Below are positions 13,542 through 23,027 of a stretch of 33,915 bases of DNA, piece by piece. A program made the translations under genes and the position numbers. Under the pieces are notes generated by a model. The model saw only the letters and a program-made list of their open reading frames with translations, did not search any database and had not been told where the DNA came from. Within the stretch, counting starts at the first letter, position 1. Each line of letters begins with the position of its first letter. This DNA is from a virus (Duplodnaviria; Caudoviricetes), in the IMG/VR virus record IMGVR_UViG_3300030376_001983, positions 1 to 33,915 of that record. One strand, 5' to 3'.

Positions 13542-15064
13542 TGGTCGATTTTAAATACAAGCCAGATGGTGATACTCTTAAAGGCTTTATGAAAGATAAT
13601 ACTTTCTTTCGTGGCATTCGAGGGCCAGTAGGATCTGGCAAATCAGTGGGATGTTGCGTTGAAGTATTTCGTAGAGCTTTGGAACAAAAGAAAGCCCCAG
13701 ATGGAAAACGAAAGTCACGATGGGCTATTATACGAAACACAAACCCACAACTACGAACTACAACTATTAAAACATGGCTTGACTGGTTCCCAGAAAATGA
13801 CTGGGGAAAGTTTACTTGGTCAGTGCCATACACCCATCACATCAAAAAAGGTGAGATAGATCTTGAGGTTATCTTCTTAGCATTAGATAGACCAGAAGAT
13901 GTAAAGAAACTGTTATCACTAGAACTAACAGGCATATGGATAAACGAGGCACGAGAAATTCCTAAGTCTATCATCGATGCTTGTACCATGCGTGTTGGTC
14001 GTTACCCTTCTATGCGTGATGGTGGACCAAGTTGGACAGGTGTTATAGCAGATACAAACGCGCCAGAAGAAGATCACTGGTGGCCTATTATGTCTGGCGA
14101 AGTTCCAATCCCTGATCATATTCCAAGAGAACAAGCTAAGATGCTAGTAAAACCTGATAACTGGCAGTTTTTTACACAGCCTTCCGCAATGCTCGAAGAA
14201 CGTGATGAAGATGGTGAGGTAGTAGATTACAAGCCAAACAATACTGCTGAAAACAAAAAACATATGCTTGCCAACTATTATGACAATTTAATAAGAGGTA
14301 AAACAAAAAGCTGGATTGATGTCTATGTTATGAATAGGCTTGGCACTATCCAAGACGGAAAGCCGATATACCCAATGTTCGCTGCAGAAGTACACATAGC
14401 CAAAGAAGAAATAGCGGTAGCTGCTGGCGCACCGCTATATGTTGGCTTGGACTTTGGGTTGACTCCAGCTGCAACTCTTGGACAAAAGATCAGGGGTCGC
14501 TGGCTCGTCCAGTCGGAGATAGTGGCCTTTGATATGGGGATTGTTAGGTTTGCTGAAGTATTGCGTGAAGAAATTTCCTCCCGATTTTCTCAAGCATCTG
14601 AGGTGTATATATACGGCGATCCCGCTGGGGATTTTAGAGCGCAGACAGATGAAAGTACCCCTTTCCACATCTTGCGCGGTGCTGGTTTGAGGGCATTCCC
14701 AGCCCCTTCGAACTCTGTAGACCTTCGGTTGGAAGCTGTCTCTTCCCAGCTAACTAAGATGGTTGAGGGCAAACCAGCATTTATTATTGATAGAAGGTGT
14801 CAGCAGTTGATCAAAGGATTTGAAGGTGGATATCAATATAAACGTATGGAAGTATCTGGTGAAAGGTATGCTGATAAACCTGATAAGAATATGTACTCTC
14901 ATATTCATGATGCCTTACAATACATGATGCTGGGTGCTGGTGAAGGTAGAGCTTTACTTAATAGTCAAAAACCAGCTAGACCTGTGATAGCAAGTAGAAA
15001 CTTTGATGTATTTAATAAAAAACCTGTTAAACAAAAAAGACAGGGTCTTTGGGCAAGAATGTAA
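13541..15064 (+). CDS. terL: Terminase large subunit
   Basis: Walker A GPVGSGKS, Walker B IWINE, nuclease GLDFG...GDPAG...H..DALQY. Confidence 0.95.
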   Translation: MVDFKYKPDGDTLKGFMKDNTFFRGIRGPVGSGKSVGCCVEVFRRALEQKKAPDGKRKSRWAIIRNTNPQLRTTTIKTWLDWFPENDWGKFTWSVPYTHHIKKGEIDLEVIFLALDRPEDVKKLLSLELTGIWINEAREIPKSIIDACTMRVGRYPSMRDGGPSWTGVIADTNAPEEDHWWPIMSGEVPIPDHIPREQAKMLVKPDNWQFFTQPSAMLEERDEDGEVVDYKPNNTAENKKHMLANYYDNLIRGKTKSWIDVYVMNRLGTIQDGKPIYPMFAAEVHIAKEEIAVAAGAPLYVGLDFGLTPAATLGQKIRGRWLVQSEIVAFDMGIVRFAEVLREEISSRFSQASEVYIYGDPAGDFRAQTDESTPFHILRGAGLRAFPAPSNSVDLRLEAVSSQLTKMVEGKPAFIIDRRCQQLIKGFEGGYQYKRMEVSGERYADKPDKNMYSHIHDALQYMMLGAGEGRALLNSQKPARPVIASRNFDVFNKKPVKQKRQGLWARM

Positions 15065-15074
15065 TTGTGCGTTG
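15065..15074 (+). promoter_or_regulatory. Late-module motif TTGTGCGTTG, copy 2
   Basis: Immediately after the terL stop, upstream of the portal operon. Confidence 0.65.
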
Positions 15075-15122
15075 CCAAAATTGTTTTTCTCTGCTTTGAG
15101 GGAAATATAAAGGAGATTTACT

Positions 15123-15509
15123 ATGTGCGGTAGAAAGAAAAGAGATCCTCGAATAGATGAGGAACAGAAAAAAGCAAGAGAAACAGCAGAGGCTGCAAAA
15201 GAACAAGCTTTAGCAAAACAAGAAGCTCAACGTCAAAAACAATTAGAAGCTGAAAGAGAAGCAGCTGCTAGTGCTGCTGCAACTGCAGAAGCTAATGCTG
15301 CAAAAGAAACAAGACAAGCAGAACTTAATATGCAAGCTGGAGAGTTAAACAATACTGGAACCTCTAAACAAACAGGAAGAACTAGTGGTTTGTTTGCTAG
15401 TAAAGCAGCAAGAAGAAGAAGTAGATCAGCAAGGTCTGGAAGAAGAGGAAGACGTAGTTTGCTTACATCATCAGGTGGTGGCGTAGGTTATTTTAGTAGG
15501 TTTCTATAA
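15123..15509 (+). CDS. Pre-portal virion protein
   Basis: MC start, Ala/Glu helix, GRRSLL motif typical of small genes before T7/BPP-1-type portals. Confidence 0.65.
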   Translation: MCGRKKRDPRIDEEQKKARETAEAAKEQALAKQEAQRQKQLEAEREAAASAAATAEANAAKETRQAELNMQAGELNNTGTSKQTGRTSGLFASKAARRRSRSARSGRRGRRSLLTSSGGGVGYFSRFL

Positions 15510-17044
15510 TGATAACAGATCCTATAGCAAAAGAGTTTCTCAAAAGATATGAGAGAGCAAAAGCAAAGCGTACAAACTTTGTTGATGTTTTTGAAGAGTG
15601 TTATGAGTTTGCGCTGCCGCAACGCGAATCATTTTACTATGAAGTTTCTGGTCAAAGAAGAGATGATAAAATCTTTGATGAGACTGCTGTTGTAGGAGTT
15701 CAAGAGTTTGCTTCAAGATTACAGTCTGGACTTGTTCCAAACTTTGCTCGATGGGCAGATTTAACTGCTGGGTCTGAAACACCAAAAGAACAAAGAGAAG
15801 CTGTTAATAATGAGCTTGAAGAAGTTACTGAATATGTTTTTGAAATACTTCAGAACTCAAACTTTGCACAAGAAGTTCATGAATCTTTTATGGACTTAGC
15901 AGTTGGTACTGGTGTCTTAGTATGCGAAGAAGGCGATGCTATCAATCCTATACGTTTTTCCGCAATACCATTACCTCATGTCATACTAGACACTGGGCCT
16001 GATGATCGCATTGATCATGTTTTTAGAGAAAGAAAATTTATAAGATATGATCAGTTACCAATGCTCTATCCAAATGGAACATTTAATTCAGAACTACAAA
16101 ACTTAATAGATAACTCTGATCAAACAACAACAGTCTTAGAAATAGTATGTAAAGATTATTCTAAAAAGAATGAAGAAGCATATCTATACTACGCAATATG
16201 TTTAACAACAAAATCTCTTATGATGCAAAGGCAGATGTCTGGAGTTGGCTCAAATCCTTTTATTTGTTTTCGTTGGTCTAAATGCGCTGGTGAGGTTTAT
16301 GGGCGAGGTCCATTATTCAACGCATTGAGTGCAATTAAAACTACTAACCTTACAGTTGAGATGATACTTGAGAATGCACAGATGGCTATCTCTGGCATTT
16401 ATCAAATGGAAGATGATGGGGTAATAAACCCTGACACAATTAACCTAGTCCCTGGAACAATAATTCCAAAGGCTATGGGATCAGCTGGATTACAACCAAT
16501 ACAAGCTGCTGGTAGCTTTGATGTAGCACAACTTGTTCTTGGTGATATGCGTAACAATATCAAACGTGCTTTATACAATGATATGCTTGGAGATCCTAAT
16601 CGAACACCAGCATCAGCAACAGAGATTGCAGAACGTATGGCAGATCTATCAAGACGTATTGGATCTGCTTTTGGTAGATTGCAAGTAGAATTAGTTCAGC
16701 CAGTATTACAACGTGTTGTTCATATTCTAAAGAAGCAAGGCAGACTAGAAGTCCCCACAATTAATGGCAGAGAAGTAAAAATAAGATCTGTGTCACCGTT
16801 AGCGCAAGCGCAAGCCAATCAGGATATTACTTCAGTGTCACGTTTTCTTGAGTTGGCTAATGGAGCATTTGGTGCAGATGCTATTAATGTATTAATTAAT
16901 ACGGAAGAAACAGCTGCATATCTAGCTAAGAAGTTTGGAATACCAGATAATTTAGTAAGAGATGAGCAAGAAAGAGAACAAATTCTTGCATTAATGCAAC
17001 AAATGCAGCAAGGTCAGGCGCAAGCACCACAACCTATGGAGTAA
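15509..17044 (+). CDS. Portal (head-to-tail connector), T7 gp8-like
   Basis: 511 aa; RW....GEVYGRGP, ATEI.ER and SPLAQAQ motifs. Confidence 0.93.
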   Translation: MITDPIAKEFLKRYERAKAKRTNFVDVFEECYEFALPQRESFYYEVSGQRRDDKIFDETAVVGVQEFASRLQSGLVPNFARWADLTAGSETPKEQREAVNNELEEVTEYVFEILQNSNFAQEVHESFMDLAVGTGVLVCEEGDAINPIRFSAIPLPHVILDTGPDDRIDHVFRERKFIRYDQLPMLYPNGTFNSELQNLIDNSDQTTTVLEIVCKDYSKKNEEAYLYYAICLTTKSLMMQRQMSGVGSNPFICFRWSKCAGEVYGRGPLFNALSAIKTTNLTVEMILENAQMAISGIYQMEDDGVINPDTINLVPGTIIPKAMGSAGLQPIQAAGSFDVAQLVLGDMRNNIKRALYNDMLGDPNRTPASATEIAERMADLSRRIGSAFGRLQVELVQPVLQRVVHILKKQGRLEVPTINGREVKIRSVSPLAQAQANQDITSVSRFLELANGAFGADAINVLINTEETAAYLAKKFGIPDNLVRDEQEREQILALMQQMQQGQAQAPQPME

Positions 17045-17047
17045 TGC

Positions 17048-17326
17048 TTGACTAAAAAAATCAATGTGGGTGTTGATGGGATACAGCGTCCACAAGAAAA
17101 AGATCAACAGATTAGCGAGAATATAGCCTCATTGTTTGGCTCTGCGACAGGACAAGCAGTCTTGCAGTATCTAAGATCAATTACTATTGAAATGGTAAAT
17201 GGCCCAAATGTAACTACGGAGGAACTGCGTCATATAGAAGGTCAACGATATTTAGTTGGTTTGATCGAAGCTCGTATGACACATGCACATAAGGTGAAAA
17301 ACAATGGAAGAAAATCAAGTAACTGA
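17048..17326 (+). CDS. Conserved head-module protein (Bbp19-like)
   Basis: F.S..GQAVL.YL...EGQR.LV..I pattern, after portal. Confidence 0.7.
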   Translation: MTKKINVGVDGIQRPQEKDQQISENIASLFGSATGQAVLQYLRSITIEMVNGPNVTTEELRHIEGQRYLVGLIEARMTHAHKVKNNGRKSSN

Positions 17327-18032
17327 AACTACAGAAGAAACAACTGAAGAAGTAAAAACTGTTGATAGTGTAACTTCTGAAACATCTGAAAGACCAGAAT
17401 GGTTGCCAGAAAAGTTTAATGATCCAGCTGATTTAGGTAAAGCATACAAAGCTTTAGAATCAAAGCTTGGTGAAAAAGAAGATGATGTTCGATCTAGACT
17501 TATGGATGAACTAAATGAACAGGCATCTGAAGGTGTACCAGCATCTGCTGGTGAGTATGAACTCCCTGATTTTATTGATGAAGAAGAAGCTTTAGAAAGT
17601 GATATGCTAAAAGACTGGGCAGATCACTGTCATTCTAATGGATATACCCATGAAGAATTTCAAAAAGGTATTGAAATGTATATGAATGGAATGGGTGATG
17701 ATAATGATATAGAAGCTGAAGCTGCACGATTGGGTGATAACTCTGATGCTAGAATAGAAGCTGCATCCCTCTTTGCTAATAAATTTTTTCCAGAAGAAGC
17801 TTTGCCAGCAATAGAACGTATGTGCGAAAGTGCAGATGGTATTGTTGCTCTTGAAGCAATTATGGAAGCAATAAAAGACCCAAGCGTAACAGAGCAAACT
17901 AACATATCATCAAACTTTAATGAGGTAGAGTTAACTGAAATGATGAGAGATGAGCGTTATTGGTCACCAGCAAAACGTGATATGAACTTTGTAAAGCAAG
18001 TAGATGAAGGTTTCAAAAAACTTTATGGATGA
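17304..18032 (+). CDS. Capsid scaffolding protein
   Basis: Very acidic; RPEWLPEKF....DL.KAY..LE.K motif; D.RYW C-terminus. Confidence 0.85.
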   Translation: MEENQVTETTEETTEEVKTVDSVTSETSERPEWLPEKFNDPADLGKAYKALESKLGEKEDDVRSRLMDELNEQASEGVPASAGEYELPDFIDEEEALESDMLKDWADHCHSNGYTHEEFQKGIEMYMNGMGDDNDIEAEAARLGDNSDARIEAASLFANKFFPEEALPAIERMCESADGIVALEAIMEAIKDPSVTEQTNISSNFNEVELTEMMRDERYWSPAKRDMNFVKQVDEGFKKLYG

Positions 18033-18543
18033 AGTAAAGATATTACAAAGTGGGTCGTATTATATGACCCCCTTTTATGAACATCACATAAGAGAAATAT
18101 ATTCTATACTGCATCCAGAAACAGAAAGAGAGCTTTCTAATCTTGGTTATTCTAACTCTCTTGAAGCTTTGCAAGATCTGCAAAAAGATTCTGAAGTCTA
18201 TATTGTAAGAGATAAAGACTGGAATATTATGATGGCAAGTGGTGTGTTCTTCTCTGAAGATCCACCACAACTCTTTGCATTGTTTACAAAACATGTAACA
18301 AAAAACTTCAAAGGATTGGCACGAGGATCTAAGTTATTAATATCATTCTTAGATCAGTCATATGAAGATTTATCTATGCAAATAGCAGAAGAATATGAGT
18401 CAATGTTGAACTGGGCAGTATGGTTAGGCTTTCATCCTGTTGGGTTTAGCGATTGGAAAAATGTGCGATATGTTGATTTTGTGCGTTGCAATCCGTCACA
18501 AAATTGTGTTTCACATAAAATATCAAGGCCTGTGATACACTGA
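18025..18543 (+). CDS. T7 gp13-like (acetyltransferase-fold) protein
   Basis: Start placed at 18025; C-terminal W..WLGF motif. Confidence 0.5.
   Translation: MDEVKILQSGSYYMTPFYEHHIREIYSILHPETERELSNLGYSNSLEALQDLQKDSEVYIVRDKDWNIMMASGVFFSEDPPQLFALFTKHVTKNFKGLARGSKLLISFLDQSYEDLSMQIAEEYESMLNWAVWLGFHPVGFSDWKNVRYVDFVRCNPSQNCVSHKISRPVIH
18479..18488 (+). promoter_or_regulatory. Late-module motif TTGTGCGTTG, copy 3
   Basis: Inside the 3' end of the preceding gene, about 135 bp before the capsid start. Confidence 0.65.
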
Positions 18544-18621
18544 GAAGCCCATTTGGATACCTTCATTGAGGATGTAAAGCAGATACCCAAGATGCCCGTA
18601 ACTTAATTTAGGAGAAAGAAA

Positions 18622-19431
18622 TTGGCTAATACAATAGACCAAGCCTTTATTAAGCAGTTCGAAACCGATGTGCATCTTGCATACCAGCGCATGGGTTCAA
18701 AACTGCGTAATACCATTCGTTCTACGAATGTGTCAGGCAATGTGGCTCGATTCCAGAAAATAGGAACTGGATCAGCTTCAACAAAATCGCGTAACGGTAA
18801 TGTTACACCAATGGAACTTGCACACACTAATGTGGAAGTAACAATGGCTGACTTCTATGCAGCTGAGTACATTGATAAACTTGATGAGTTGAAAACTAAT
18901 ATCAACGAGCGTCAAGCTATTGCTGAAAGTGCTGCTGCTGCGTTGGGTCGTAAAACTGATGAGATCATTACAACAGCTATGGATGCTGGTGCTAATTCAA
19001 CTCAGCTTCACGACACATCTTCTGCTGTTGAAAAAGCAGATCTTTTGTCAACCTTTGAAACATTTGGTACAGCAAGCATTCCAGAAGATGGACAACGCTA
19101 TATTGCTATGTCTCCAGCTGGTTTTGCAGACCTCTTTAATATTAATGAGTTTGCTTCAAGTGATTTTGTTGGACCACAAAACTTACCGTTTGCTGGCGGT
19201 ATGACAATGAAAGAGTTCTTGGGCTTCAAGATCTTTTCAACTTCAGCTGTAGCTGGTGGTAAAAACTTTGCTTATCACATGAGAGCAGTTGGTATTGGTG
19301 TGAACTCTGATGTTCAGACCGAAGTAAACTATGTAGCAGAAAAAGTATCGCACCTAGCGACATCAATGATGTCAATGGGTTCTGTTGTCATTGATGACAA
19401 TGGTATGTACGAACTGCTAGATAATAACTAG
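18622..19431 (+). CDS. Major capsid protein
   Basis: MANTIDQAFIKQFE..VH.AYQ..GSKLR; ALGRK.D; position after scaffold; TTG start with AGGAG. Confidence 0.92.
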   Translation: MANTIDQAFIKQFETDVHLAYQRMGSKLRNTIRSTNVSGNVARFQKIGTGSASTKSRNGNVTPMELAHTNVEVTMADFYAAEYIDKLDELKTNINERQAIAESAAAALGRKTDEIITTAMDAGANSTQLHDTSSAVEKADLLSTFETFGTASIPEDGQRYIAMSPAGFADLFNINEFASSDFVGPQNLPFAGGMTMKEFLGFKIFSTSAVAGGKNFAYHMRAVGIGVNSDVQTEVNYVAEKVSHLATSMMSMGSVVIDDNGMYELLDNN

Positions 19432-19443
19432 GAGGGTTAGAAA

Positions 19444-19707
19444 ATGGCTTTTGCTTCAAGTGGACTAACTCGTGTCGGTGGTGATTCAAATGGTAGCTTG
19501 TGGATGTATACATCTGCTGATGCTATCGCCGCTGTAAATAGTGCTGGATATTTTAATGATGCAGCAAACATGCTTGATGTTCGTGACTTAATTATCGTTC
19601 GCGATACTAATGTTCCAACAACAAGTTTTTGTACTGTTCTTTCAAATACTGGTACTGTTGTTGACGTATCTGATGGTACGGCAGTAGCTGAAACCGATGG
19701 CGACTAA
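19444..19707 (+). CDS. Small virion protein (possible capsid decoration)
   Basis: Follows the capsid gene before the terminator; W.Y.S.DAIA.V...GYFN. Confidence 0.6.
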   Translation: MAFASSGLTRVGGDSNGSLWMYTSADAIAAVNSAGYFNDAANMLDVRDLIIVRDTNVPTTSFCTVLSNTGTVVDVSDGTAVAETDGD

Positions 19708-19709
19708 TA

Positions 19710-19737
19710 GGTTGGGGCTTCGGCCCCACCCTTCTTT
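19710..19737 (+). terminator. Terminator after capsid genes
   Basis: TGGGGC-TTCG-GCCCCA then CCCTTCTTT. Confidence 0.75.
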
Positions 19738-19748
19738 GAGGATTTAGT

Positions 19749-20342
19749 ATGGCAGTTTCAAGTATACCAGCACAATCTCCAGTAGCTGTATGTAGTCGCG
19801 CTCTAATTCTTGTGGGTGCTGAACCTATTACATCATTTGATGATGGTAATAATGAAGCTTTGATTGCTTCGAACATGTATGAAGATGTTGCTCGATCATC
19901 TTTGCTAAATACTCGATGGAGATTTGCAACCAATCAATCAATATTAAATAGATTAACAGATGCTCCAACTGGTAGATTTGATGCTGCTTATCAGCTTCCA
20001 AGTGATTGGTTAATGACACATGTTGTAACTGTTAATGACACACCTATAGAATATCAAACTTATGGTGATAAATTATTTTGTAATGAGACAGCTAGTTCAG
20101 AGTTAGTATTAGACTTTACATTTAGAGCAAATGAACAGGGATGGCCTTCATATTTTACTATTGCTGTTGAGTATGAGTTAGCATCTGTATTTGCAGTTAG
20201 TTTAGCAAGAGATCAGAACCTTGCACAGCTTATGTCTCAACAAGCAGCAACATCGATGATGAGAGCAAGAAACTTAGATGCTCAACAACAAACAACAAGG
20301 AAACTTTCAACAAGTCGGTTTATTACAAATAGGCGAACGTAA
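19749..20342 (+). CDS. Tail tubular protein A / adaptor (T7 gp11-like)
   Basis: CS.AL..VG..PI.SF, WRFA and YQLPSD motifs. Confidence 0.85.
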   Translation: MAVSSIPAQSPVAVCSRALILVGAEPITSFDDGNNEALIASNMYEDVARSSLLNTRWRFATNQSILNRLTDAPTGRFDAAYQLPSDWLMTHVVTVNDTPIEYQTYGDKLFCNETASSELVLDFTFRANEQGWPSYFTIAVEYELASVFAVSLARDQNLAQLMSQQAATSMMRARNLDAQQQTTRKLSTSRFITNRRT

Positions 20343-22585
20343 TGCAGAAAGTACGAGTACCACTAACAAACTTTGCATTTGGTGAAGTAAGTCCTTCTTT
20401 ATATTCAAGAACAGATTCTCCTGTTTATAATCAATCTGCACAAAGAGTTAAAAACTTTTTTATAAGATCTGAAGGTGGAGTTGTTAAAAGATCTGGTCTT
20501 CAAAAAATATATCAATTTGACACAACTATAGATGAAACAAAAGTACAACAATGCAGATTGTTACCTTTTATATTTTCTGATGATGAAAGATACATTATTT
20601 CTTTAGAAGAAGCTAAAGTAAGAGTTTTTCAAATAAATCCAGTAAGTGGTGCTGTATCTCTAATACAAACAATAACATCAGATATTAATAGTGCCGCATT
20701 AAAATTTGATGATGAGTTTCTGCATGAATATACATATGCACAAGCTGGCGATGTTATGTTTATTGCACATCAAACATTTGCTCCTCAACAAATTGTAAGA
20801 ACAAGTCTTACTACTTTTCAAATAGAAGGATTTCAGTTCGATCAGAAGTCTGACAACAAACAAGTTTATCAACCATACTTTTCTTTTCAAGGTGCTGGAG
20901 TAACTTTAGATCCATCAGCATCAAGTGGATCTGGTGTTACTTTAACAACAAGTGCAGCTTATTGGGATACAACATCTCCTTCTAAGCATATTGGCACAAC
21001 TGTTAGATACAATGGTCAAGAGATAGAGATTACTGGTGTCACAAGCTCAACTGTTGCAACAGGTGACATACTTGATTCTCTTAAAGTAAAACTAAGTCCA
21101 GATTCTTTAAGAACAAATAATGGATCAAATATAGTAGAAGTTACTTTAGTAAATCACGGTATGTCTGTGGGCAACTCAATAACCTTTTCAAATTGTGATA
21201 CTGTTGGTGGTATAAGTATTAGCAATTTAAATGGCTCAAGAACTGTTGCTGGTATTATTAGTGATGATGTATTTACTTTTACTGCTGGTGGTTCATCTAA
21301 TGATTCTGCTTTGGGTGGTGGTACTCCAAGTGTAACTACTCACGCACCAACAACTAGCTGGGAAGAACAGTCATATTCTGCTCTTCGAGGGTTTCCAGCT
21401 GCTGTTACATTTCATGAAAACAGATTAGTGTTTGCTGGAACTCTTGGGCAACCAGATAGTATTTGGTTTAGTAAGATAGCATCATATTATAACTTTGATG
21501 TTGGTGAAGCTAAAGACAATGAGTCGATACAACTAACTGCTGCTATTGGTGAAATACAACAGATACGACATATTGTTTCAAACAGGGATCTGCAGATCTT
21601 TGCAGCTTCTGCTGAAATGTTTGTGCCAGCGTTTCAGAATCAACCTATTACTCCAACCAATGCACAGGTAAGAAGACAAACTCCTTTTGGTTCTGGATTT
21701 ACACGACCTCAAATTTTAGATGGTGCAACTCTTTTTGTTCAGAAGGGTGGGCAAATTGTTCGAGAATATTTGTTTAGCGATAGTGAAGCTGCATATGTAG
21801 CTAATCCAATTTCTACTATTTCTTCGCATCTTATTAAATCACCAATAGAAATGAATACTCTTTATGGTGCTTTATCTAGATCAGAAAGCTATGTCTTCAT
21901 TGTAAATAATGATGGAACAATGTCTGTATTTAATTCTAATAGAGCAGAGCAACGTGCTGGTTGGGTAGAGTTTGTAACAAATGGTAAGTTTCATTCTACA
22001 GTTACAATAGATGATCGTGTCTTTGTAAATGTAGAATATGATCTTGGTGATGGCACAAAAAAAATAGTTCTTTGTGAATTTGACTCTACATTTAATTTAG
22101 ATATGGCAAAAACATATAGCGGATCTAGTGGTGTATTTAATGTGTCAGCAGATTTTAATAATGGTGCTGTGTTAAGAGTTGTTAATGGTAACAATTATAT
22201 TGGAGAGTTTACTGTTAGTGGTGGCAATATAAACGTATCTTCTGTTGATGCTTCACTATCATCAGCTGAAATAGGATTTAACTTTGATGTTGAGTTAACA
22301 ACAAATCCAATAGATGCACAGGTAAACAATGGACCAATAACTGGTATTCCAAGAGGGCTTGGCACAGTATATCTAGACTTGAATAACACATTAGCTGTAA
22401 AGGTAAATGAAACAGCAATGATAATAAGAAATGTTACAGATGATTTGTCACAACAACTAGCTCCTTTTACTGGCAAAAAAGAGTTTAGATTACTTGGTTA
22501 TAATGCAGATCCTCAAATAACAATAACACAAAATGCACCATTAGATTTACAGATCAATGGTTTGGTAGCGGAGTTAATATTCTAA
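20342..22585 (+). CDS. Tail tubular protein B / nozzle (T7 gp12-like)
   Basis: NF..GE.SP....R.D, GGV.KR.G and GFP..V.FHENRL.F motifs. Confidence 0.88.
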   Translation: MQKVRVPLTNFAFGEVSPSLYSRTDSPVYNQSAQRVKNFFIRSEGGVVKRSGLQKIYQFDTTIDETKVQQCRLLPFIFSDDERYIISLEEAKVRVFQINPVSGAVSLIQTITSDINSAALKFDDEFLHEYTYAQAGDVMFIAHQTFAPQQIVRTSLTTFQIEGFQFDQKSDNKQVYQPYFSFQGAGVTLDPSASSGSGVTLTTSAAYWDTTSPSKHIGTTVRYNGQEIEITGVTSSTVATGDILDSLKVKLSPDSLRTNNGSNIVEVTLVNHGMSVGNSITFSNCDTVGGISISNLNGSRTVAGIISDDVFTFTAGGSSNDSALGGGTPSVTTHAPTTSWEEQSYSALRGFPAAVTFHENRLVFAGTLGQPDSIWFSKIASYYNFDVGEAKDNESIQLTAAIGEIQQIRHIVSNRDLQIFAASAEMFVPAFQNQPITPTNAQVRRQTPFGSGFTRPQILDGATLFVQKGGQIVREYLFSDSEAAYVANPISTISSHLIKSPIEMNTLYGALSRSESYVFIVNNDGTMSVFNSNRAEQRAGWVEFVTNGKFHSTVTIDDRVFVNVEYDLGDGTKKIVLCEFDSTFNLDMAKTYSGSSGVFNVSADFNNGAVLRVVNGNNYIGEFTVSGGNINVSSVDASLSSAEIGFNFDVELTTNPIDAQVNNGPITGIPRGLGTVYLDLNNTLAVKVNETAMIIRNVTDDLSQQLAPFTGKKEFRLLGYNADPQITITQNAPLDLQINGLVAELIF

Positions 22586-23019
22586 TGTCTGTTTTTCAAG
22601 TTATAGGTTTAGGTTTAAAATTCATGGGCGGTATGCAAGCTGCCAGAGCGCAAGAGCAAGCATCAAAAGATAATGCTGAAGCAATGGTAACAGATCGGAT
22701 TGTTGGTGAGGCACAAGCAGCACAGCAACAAGTTATGCGATATCAGCAATACTTTGATGATCTTGCATATAATGAAGGTGCTTTATTAAAGAACAGAGAC
22801 TTTGATCAAAGTGTTAAGGCATTTATGGACAATCAAGAAGAAGTGGCATTTGATGACCTGACTGTAATGGCAAGGCAAGCAGATATGGAAAGTAGAAAAC
22901 AAACAGTGGCATCATTGCTTGAAATAGAACGCGGTAAGAACAGAGCATCTGCTACTAGAATAAATACACTATCAAGTTTTGCTTCTGGTCTACATGATTT
23001 AAGTACAACTTTTACTTAG
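22585..23019 (+). CDS. Internal virion (ejection) protein, small
   Basis: Ala/Gln-rich helical protein after the nozzle. Confidence 0.6.
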   Translation: MSVFQVIGLGLKFMGGMQAARAQEQASKDNAEAMVTDRIVGEAQAAQQQVMRYQQYFDDLAYNEGALLKNRDFDQSVKAFMDNQEEVAFDDLTVMARQADMESRKQTVASLLEIERGKNRASATRINTLSSFASGLHDLSTTFT

Positions 23020-23027
23020 GATAAAAT

